In this document: piece by piece, positions 55,101 through 64,000 of the stretch
How the letters are laid out: every line of letters begins with the position of its first letter
Numbering within the stretch: position 1 is the stretch's first letter
Source: Auanema rhodensis
Lineage: Eukaryota > Animalia > Nematoda
Length of the DNA: 64,000 nt
Assembly: GCA_964057225.1 (NCBI GenBank)
Contig: OZ059896.1
Location: forward strand, 1,116,001-1,180,000
Direction: 5' to 3'
Translations under genes and position numbers: made by a program
Notes under the pieces: generated by a model
Told to the model about the DNA's origin: nothing
The model's database searches: none
What the model saw: only the letters and a program-made list of their open reading frames with translations

Positions 55101-57183
55101 TCGAAAAAATTTTGTCAAAATGTTTTTGGAAGCAATGTTGAGTGTACATGGAAACTCAACATACACTAATGCATCATTTTTCAAACGATCATAACTAATT
55201 TTTGTGATGAGCGTTTCTCCATGTAGTATAATGCATTCGATGCGGATTTTTAAGCTGCGTCGATCTGTGTTATCAGATTTGCGCCAGCTTAAAAATGCAC
55301 CGAGATATCAACTGATATAAGTTCACACTTATATCCTCGATTTTCACCCTGAAGAATTAATTTTTTCGTTGAATAACATTGTCCATCGTTTTTGCCTTGA
55401 AAGAAGGAATCTAAAAACATCTACTTTTTGCTAAATTATTTTGAAATTTTTCGAAAAAATTTTTGTCAAAATGTTTTTGGAAGCAATTTTGAGTGTACAT
55501 GGAAACTCAACATACACTAATGCATCATTTTTCAAACGATCATAACTAATTTTTGTATTAAGCTTTTCTTAATGTAGTATAGTGCATTCGATGCGGACTT
55601 TTAAGCTGCGTCGATCTGTGTTATCAGATTTGCGCTAGCTTAAAAATGCACCGAGATATTAACTGATATAAGTTCACACTTATATCCTCGATTTTCACCC
55701 TGAAGAATTAATTTTTTCGTTGAATAACATTGTCCATCGTTTTTGCCTTGAAAGAAGGAATCTAAAAACATCTACTTTTTGCTAAATTCTTTTGAAATTT
55801 TTCGAAAAAATTTTTGTCAAAATGTTTTTGGAAGCAATTTTGAGTGTACATGGAAACTCAACATTCACTAATGCATCATTTTTCAAACGATCATAACTAA
55901 TTTTTGTATTAAGCTTTTCTTAATGTAGTATAGTGCATTCGATGCGGACTTTTAAGCTGCGTCGATCTGTGTTATCAGATTTGCGCCAGCTTAAAAATGC
56001 ACCGAGATATCAACTGATATAAGTTCACACTTATATCCTCAATTTTCACCCTGAAGAATTAATTTTTTCGTTGAATAACATTGTCCATCGTTTTTGCCTT
56101 GAAAAAAGGAATCTAAAAACATCTACTTTTTGCTAAATTATTTTGAAATTTTTCGAAAAAATTTTTGTCAAAATGTTTTTGGAAGCAATTTTGAGTGTAC
56201 ATGGAAACTCAACATTCACTAATGCATCATTTTTCAAACGATCATAACTAATTTTTGTATTAAGCTTTTCTTAATGTAGTATAGTGCATTCGATGCCGAC
56301 TTTTAAGCTGCGTCGATCTGTGTTATCAGATTTGCGCTAGCTTAAAAATGCACCGAGATATTAACTGATATAAGTTCACACTTATATCCTCGATTTTCAC
56401 CCTGAAGAATTAATTTTTTCGTTGAATAACATTGTCCATCGTTTTTGCCTCAAAAAAAGGAATCTAAAAACATCTACTTTTTGCGAAATTATTTTGAAAT
56501 TTTTCGAAAAAATTTTGTCAAAATGTTTTTGGAAGCAATGTTGAGTGTACATGGAAACTCAACATACACTAATGCATCATTTTTCAAACGATCATAACTA
56601 ATTTTTGTGATGAGCGTTTCTCCATGTAGTATAATGCATTCGATGCGGATTTTTAAGCTGCGTCGATCTGTGTTATCAGATTTGCGCTAGCTTAAAAATG
56701 CACCGAGATATCAACTGATATAAGTTCACACTTATATCCTCGATTTTCACCCTGAAGAATTAATTTTTTCGTTGAATAACATTGTCCATCGTTTTTGCCT
56801 TGAAAGAAGGAATCTAAAAACATCTACTTTTTGCTAAATTATTTTGAAATTTTTCGAAAAAATTTTTGTCAAAATGTTTTTGGAAGCAATTTTGAGTGTA
56901 CATGGAAACTCAACATACACTAATGCATCATTTTTCAAACGATCATAACTAATTTTTGTATTAAGCTTTTCTTAATGTAGTATAGTGCATTCGATGCGGA
57001 CTTTTAAGCTGCGTCGATCTGTGTTATCAGATTTGCGCTAGCTTAAAAATGCACCGAGATATTAACTGATATAAGTTCACACTTATATCCTCGATTTTCA
57101 CCCTGAAGAATTAATTTTTTCGTTGAATAACATTGTCCATCGTTTTTGCCTCAAAAAAAGGAATCTAAAAACATCTACTTTTT

Positions 57184-60100
57184 GCGAAATTATTTTGAAA
57201 TTTTTCGAAAAAATTTTGTCAAAATGTTTTTGGAAGCAATGTTGAGTGTACATGGAAACTCAACATACACTAATGCATCATTTTTCAAACGATCATAACT
57301 AATTTTTGTGATGAGCGTTTCTCCATGTAGTATAATGCATTCGATGCGGATTTTTAAGCTGCGTCGATCTGTGTTATCAGATTTGCGCTAGCTTAAAAAT
57401 GCACCGAGATATCAACTGATATAAGTTCACACTTATATCCTCGATTTTCACCCTGAAGAATTAATTTTTTTGTTGAATAACATTGTCCATCGTTTTTGCC
57501 TTGAAAGAAGGAATCTAAAAACATCTACTTTTTGCTAAATTATTTTGAAATTTTTCGAAAAAATTTTTGTCAAAATGTTTTTGGAAGCAATTTTGAGTGT
57601 ACATGGAAACTCAACATACACTAATGCATCATTTTTCAAACGATCATAACTAATTTTTGTATTAAGCTTTCCTCAATGTGATATAGTGCATTCGATGCGG
57701 ATTTTTAAGCTGCGTCGATCTGTGTTATCAGATTTGCGCTAGCTTAAAAATGCACCTAGATATCATCTGATATAAGTTCACACTTATATCCTCGATTTTC
57801 ACCCTGAAGAATTAATTTTTTCGTTGAATAACATTGTCCATCGTTTTTGCCTTGAAAAAAGGAATCTAAAAACATCTACTTTTTGCTAAATTATTTTGAA
57901 ATTTTTCGAAAAAATTTTGTCAAAATGTTTTTGGAAGCAATGTTGAGTGTACATGGAAACTCAACATACACTAATGCATCATTTTTCAAACGATCATAAC
58001 TAATTTTTGTGATGAGCGTTTCTCCATGTAGTATAATGCATTCGATGCGGATTTTTAAGCTGCGTCGATCTGTGTTATCAGATTTGCGCTAGCTTAAAAA
58101 TGCACCGAGATATCAACTGATATAAGTTCACACTTATATCCTCGATTTTCACCCTGAAGAATTAATTTTTTCGTTGAATAACATTGTCCATCGTTTTTGC
58201 CTTGAAAGAAGGAATCTAAAAACATCTACTTTTTGCTAAATTATTTTGAAATTTTTCGAAAAAATTTTTGTCAAAATGTTTTTGGAAGCAATTTTGAGTG
58301 TACATGGAAACTCAACATACACTAATGCATCATTTTTCAAACAATCATAACTAATTTTTGTATTAAGCTTTCCTCAATGTAATATAGTGCATTCGATGCG
58401 GATTTTTAAGCTGCGTCGATCTGTGTTATTAGATTTGCGCTAGCTTAAAAATGCACCGAGATATCAACTGATATAAGTTCACACTTATATCCTCGATTTT
58501 CACCCTGAAGAATTAATTTTTTCGTTGAATAACATTGTCCATCGTTTTTGCCTTGAAAAAAGGAATCTAAAAACATCTACTTTTTGCTAAATTATTTTGA
58601 AATTTTTCGAAAAAATTTTTGTCAAAATGTTTTTGGAAGCAATTTTGAGTGTACATGGAAACTCAACATACACTAATGCATCATTTTTCAAACGATCATA
58701 ACTAATTTTTGTATTGAGCGTTTCTTAATGTATTATAGTGCATTCGATGCGGATTTTTAAGCTGCGTCGATCTGTGTTATCAGATTTGCGCTAGCTTAAA
58801 AATGCACCGAGATATCAACTGATATAAGTTCACACTTATATCCTCGATTTTCACCCTGAAGAATTAATTTTTTCGTTGAATAACATTGTCCATCGTTTTT
58901 GCCTCAAAAAAAGGAATCTAAAAACATCTACTTTTTGCGAAATTATTTTGAAATTTTTCGAAAAAATTTTGTCAAAATGTTTTTGGAAGCAATGTTGAGT
59001 GTACATGGAAACTCAACATACACTAATGCATCATTTTTCAAACGATCATAACTAATTTTTGTGATGAGCGTTTCTCCATGTAGTATAATGCATTCGATGC
59101 GGATTTTTAAGCTGCGTCGATCTGTGTTATCAGATTTGCGCTAGCTTAAAAATGCACCGAGATATCAACTGATATAAGTTCACACTTATATCCTCGATTT
59201 TCACCCTGAAGAATTAATTTTTTTGTTGAATAACATTGTCCATCGTTTTTGCCTTGAAAGAAGGAATCTAAAAACATCTACTTTTTGCTAAATTATTTTG
59301 AAATTTTTCGAAAAAATTTTTGTCAAAATGTTTTTGGAAGCAATTTTGAGTGTACATGGAAACTCAACATACACTAATGCATCATTTTTCAAACGATCAT
59401 AACTAATTTTTGTATTAAGCTTTCCTCAATGTGATATAGTGCATTCGATGCGGATTTTTAAGCTGCGTCGATCTGTGTTATCAGATTTGCGCTAGCTTAA
59501 AAATGCACCTAGATATCATCTGATATAAGTTCACACTTATATCCTCGATTTTCACCCTGAAGAATTAATTTTTTCGTTGAATAACATTGTCCATCGTTTT
59601 TGCCTTGAAAAAAGGAATCTAAAAACATCTACTTTTTGCTAAATTATTTTGAAATTTTTCGAAAAAATTTTGTCAAAATGTTTTTGGAAGCAATGTTGAG
59701 TGTACATGGAAACTCAACATACACTAATGCATCATTTTTCAAACGATCATAACTAATTTTTGTGATGAGCGTTTCTCCATGTAGTATAATGCATTCGATG
59801 CGGATTTTTAAGCTGCGTCGATCTGTGTTATCAGATTTGCGCTAGCTTAAAAATGCACCGAGATATCAACTGATATAAGTTCACACTTATATCCTCGATT
59901 TTCACCCTGAAGAATTAATTTTTTCGTTGAATAACATTGTCCATCGTTTTTGCCTTGAAAGAAGGAATCTAAAAACATCTACTTTTTGCTAAATTATTTT
60001 GAAATTTTTCGAAAAAATTTTTGTCAAAATGTTTTTGGAAGCAATTTTGAGTGTACATGGAAACTCAACATACACTAATGCATCATTTTTCAAACGATCA

Positions 60101-61741
60101 TAACTAATTTTTGTATTAAGCTTTCCTCAATGTGATATAGTGCATTCGATGCGGATTTTTAAGCTGCGTCGATCTGTGTTATCAGATTTGCGCTAGCTTA
60201 AAAATGCACCTAGATATCATCTGATATAAGTTCACACTTATATCCTCGATTTTCACCCTGAAGAATTAATTTTTTCGTTGAATAACATTGTCCATCGTTT
60301 TTGCCTTGAAAAAAGGAATCTAAAAACATCTACTTTTTGCTAAATTATTTTGAAATTTTTCGAAAAAATTTTGTCAAAATGTTTTTGGAAGCAATGTTGA
60401 GTGTACATGGAAACTCAACATACACTAATGCATCATTTTTCAAACGATCATAACTAATTTTTGTGATGAGCGTTTCTCCATGTAGTATAATGCATTCGAT
60501 GCGGATTTTTAAGCTGCGTCGATCTGTGTTATCAGATTTGCGCTAGCTTAAAAATGCACCGAGATATCAACTGATATAAGTTCACACTTATATCCTCGAT
60601 TTTCACCCTGAAGAATTAATTTTTTCGTTGAATAACATTGTCCATCGTTTTTGCCTTGAAAGAAGGAATCTAAAAACATCTACTTTTTGCTAAATTATTT
60701 TGAAATTTTTCGAAAAAATTTTTGTCAAAATGTTTTTGGAAGCAATTTTGAGTGTACATGGAAACTCAACATACACTAATGCATCATTTTTCAAACAATC
60801 ATAACTAATTTTTGTATTAAGCTTTCCTCAATGTAATATAGTGCATTCGATGCGGATTTTTAAGCTGCGTCGATCTGTGTTATTAGATTTGCGCTAGCTT
60901 AAAAATGCACCGAGATATCAACTGATATAAGTTCACACTTATATCCTCGATTTTCACCCTGAAGAATTAATTTTTTCGTTGAATAACATTGTCCATCGTT
61001 TTTGCCTTGAAAGAAGGAATCTAAAAACATCTACTTTTTGCTAAATTATTTTGAAATTTTTCGAAAAAATTTTTGTCAAAATGTTTTTGGAAGCAATTTT
61101 GAGTGTACATGGAAACTCAACATACACTAATGCATCATTTTTCAAACAATCATAACTAATTTTTGTATTAAGCTTTCCTCAATGTAATATAGTGCATTCG
61201 ATGCGGATTTTTAAACTGCGTCGATCTGTGTTATTAGATTTGCGCTAGCTTAAAAATGCACCGAGATATCAACTGATATAAGTTCACACTTATATCCTCG
61301 ATTTTCACCCTGAAGAATTAATTTTTTCGTTGAATAACATTGTCCATCGTTTTTGCCTTGAAAAAAGGAATCTAAAAACATCTACTTTTTGCTAAATTAT
61401 TTTGAAATTTTTCGAAAAAATTTTTGTCAAAATGTTTTTGGAAGCAATTTTGAGTGTACATGGAAACTCAACATACACTAATGCATCATTTTTCAAACGA
61501 TCATAACTAATTTTTGTATTGAGCGTTTCTTAATGTATTATAGTGCATTCGATGCGGATTTTTAAGCTGCTTCGATCTGTGTTATCAGATTTGCGCTAGC
61601 TTAAAAATGCACCGAGATATCAACTGATATAAGTTCACACTTATATCCTCGATTTTCACCCTGAAGAATTAATTTTTTCGTTGAATAACATTGTCCATCG
61701 TTTTTGCCTTGAAAAAAGGAATCTAAAAACATCTACTTTTT
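57184..61741. repeat. Higher-order repeat: a 5-mer (57184-58936) and an internally expanded 8-monomer copy (58937-61741)
   Basis: The rare TTTTTTTGTTGAA recurs 1753 bp apart (57472 and 59225). The TGTGATATAG + CACCTAGATATCAT monomer occurs at 57534, 59287 and 59988. Confidence 0.75.
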
Positions 61742-64000
61742 GCTAAATTATTTTGAAATTTTTCGAAAAAATTTTTGTCAAAATGTTTTTGGAAGCAATT
61801 TTGAGTGTACATGGAAACTCAACATACACTAATGCATCATTTTTCAAACGATCATAACTAATTTTTGTATTAAGCTTTTCTTAATGTAGTATAGTGCATT
61901 CGATGCGGATTTTTAAACTGCTTCGATCTGTGTTATCAGATTTGCGCTAGCTTGAAAATGCACCGAGATATCAACTGATATAAGTTCACACTTATATCCT
62001 CGATTTTCACCCTGAAGAATTAATTTTTTCGTTGAATAACATTGTCCATCGTTTTTGCCTTGAAAAAAGGAATCTAAAAACATCTACTTTTTGCTAAATT
62101 ATTTTGAAATTTTTCGAAAAAATTTTTGTCAAAATGTTTTTGGAAGCAATTTTGAGTGTACATGGAAACTCAACATACACTAATGCATCATTTTTCAAAC
62201 GATCATAACTAATTTTTGTATTAAGCTTTTCTTAATGTAGTATAGTGCATTCGATGCGGATTTTTAAGCTGCTTCGATCTGTGTTATCAGATTTGCGCTA
62301 GCTTAAAAATGCACCGAGATATCAACTGATATAAGTTCACACTTATATCCTCGATTTTCACCCTGAAGAATTAATTTTTTCGTTGAATAACATTGTCCAT
62401 CGTTTTTGCCTTGGAAGAAGGAATCTAAAAACATCTACTTTTTGCTAAATTATTTTGAAATTTTTCGAAAAAATTTTTGTCAAAATGTTTTTGGAAGCAA
62501 TTTTGAGTGTACATGGAAACTCAACATACACTAATGCATCATTTTTCAAACGATCATAACTAATTTTTGTATTAAGCTTTCCTCAATGTAATATAGTGCA
62601 TTCGATGCGGAGTTTTAAGCTGCGTCGATCTGTGTTATCAGATTTGCGCTAGCTTAAAAATGCACCTAGATATCATCTGATATAAGTTCACACTTATATC
62701 CTCGATTTTCACCCTGAAGAATTAATTTTTTCGTTGAATAACATTGTCCATCGTTTTTGCCTTGAAAAAAGGAATCTAAAAACATCTACTTTTTGCTAAA
62801 TTATTTTGAAATTTTTCGAAAAAATTTTTGTCAAAATGTTTTTGGAAGCAATTTTGAGTGTACATGGAAACTCAACATACACTAATGCATCATTTTTCAA
62901 ACGATCATAACTAATTTTTGTGATGAGCGTTTCTCCATGTAGTATAATGCATTCGATGCGGATTTTTAAGCTGCGTCGATCTGTGTTATCAGATTTGCGC
63001 TAGCTTAAAAATGCACCGAGATATCAACTGATATAAGTTCACACTTATATCCTCGATTTTCACCCTGAAGAATTAATTTTTTCGTTGAATAACATTGTCC
63101 ATCGTTTTTGCCTTGAAAGAAGGAATCTAAAAACATCTACTTTTTGCTAAATTATTTTGAAATTTTTCGAAAAAATTTTTGTCAAAATGTTTTTGGAAGC
63201 AATTTTGAGTGTACATGGAAACTCAACATACACTAATGCATCATTTTTCAAACGATCATAACTAATTTTTGTATTAAGCTTTCCTCAATGTAATATAGTG
63301 CATTCGATGCGGATTTTTAAGCTGCGTCGATCTGTGTTATCAGATTTGCGCTAGCTTAAAAATGCACCTAGATATCATCTGATATAAGTTCACACTTATA
63401 TCCTCGATTTTCACCCTGAAGAATTAATTTTTTCGTTGAATAACATTGTCCATCGTTTTTGCCTTGAAAAAAGGAATCTAAAAACATCTACTTTTTGCTA
63501 AATTATTTTGAAATTTTTCGAAAAAATTTTTGTCAAAATGTTTTTGGAAGCAATTTTGAGTGTACATGGAAACTCAACATACACTAATGCATCATTTTTC
63601 AAACAATCATAACTAATTTTTGTATTAAGCTTTCCTCAATGTAATATAGTGCATTCGATGCGGAGTTTTAAGCTGCGTCGATCTGTGTTATTAGATTTGC
63701 GCTAGCTTAAAAATGCACCGAGATATCAACTGATATAAGTTCACACTTATATCCTCGATTTTCACCCTGAAGAATTAATTTTTTCGTTGAATAACATTGT
63801 CCATCGTTTTTGCCTTGAAAAAAGGAATCTAAAAACATCTACTTTTTGCTAAATTATTTTGAAATTTTTCGAAAAAATTTTTGTCAAAATGTTTTTGGAA
63901 GCAATGTTGAGTGTACATGGAAACTCAACATACACTAATGCATCATTTTTCAAACGATCATAACTAATTTTTGTGATGAGCGTTTCTCCATGTAGTATAA

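Larger units (their letters stand above)
1..64000. repeat. Satellite DNA tandem array, 351-bp monomer, about 182 head-to-tail copies, running off both window ends
   Basis: The anchor GCTAAATTATTTTGAAAT starts at 3, 354, 705, 1056 and so on (period 351) and recurs to the end of the window in one orientation. Copies differ only by scattered substitutions and 1-bp indels. No unique spacer or insertion was seen. Confidence 0.99.
26322..64000. repeat. Satellite subfamily domain 2 (right)
   Basis: Monomers are nearly fixed for TTTTTGC(T/G)AAA, GTTAT (not ACTAT) and GCTTAAAAA. Variants not seen on the left include GAAAGAAGG (first about 26642), GGACTTTT, GATATTAAC, CTTTCCTCAATGTAA, GCGAAATT and GTGATGAGCGTTTCTC(C/T)AT (first about 28552). 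Confidence 0.9.

Noticed and set aside
1-64000. Monomer length divisible by three (117 codons), suggesting a coding tandem repeat
   Set aside because: The frame of the listed plus-strand ORFs has about four stops per consensus monomer, and 1-bp deletions that shift the frame are common and have been amplified.
1-64000. CRISPR-like or cassette array with hairpin repeats
   Set aside because: There are no unique spacers or cassettes. The entire 351 bp is repeated and no cas or integrase genes are present.
1-64000. Assignment to a known 340-360 bp satellite family (e.g. Drosophila 1.688/359-bp or tenebrionid beetle satellites)
   Set aside because: Only the size and AT-richness are similar. I cannot verify sequence homology without a search.

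Overview
The whole 64 kb window is one uninterrupted, head-to-tail tandem array of an AT-rich monomer of 351 bp (about 32% GC by hand count of the first copy, about 182 copies). A minority of monomers are 350 bp (one T lost) and one is 352 bp. This is eukaryotic-type satellite DNA, plausibly pericentromeric or centromeric heterochromatin; I cannot assign the organism or a named family from sequence alone. I see no genes, RNA genes, transposon insertions, inversions or CRISPR spacers, and the four listed ORFs are chance read-throughs of the repeat. The informative structure lies in the variants. (1) There are two subfamily domains with a switch at about 26.3 kb. (2) Local, nested and irregular higher-order repeats occur: a 5-mer inside an 11/13-mer, a 6/7-mer, a block recurring every 10 monomers, and a 5-mer expanded to 8. 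(3) Some monomers are mosaics that record recombination inside the unit. (4) The monomer is tiled with inverted repeats and phased A/T tracts, and several common variants improve the stems. All variant tracking was done by eye, so counts are approximate. I do not find support for a novel protein-coding system here.
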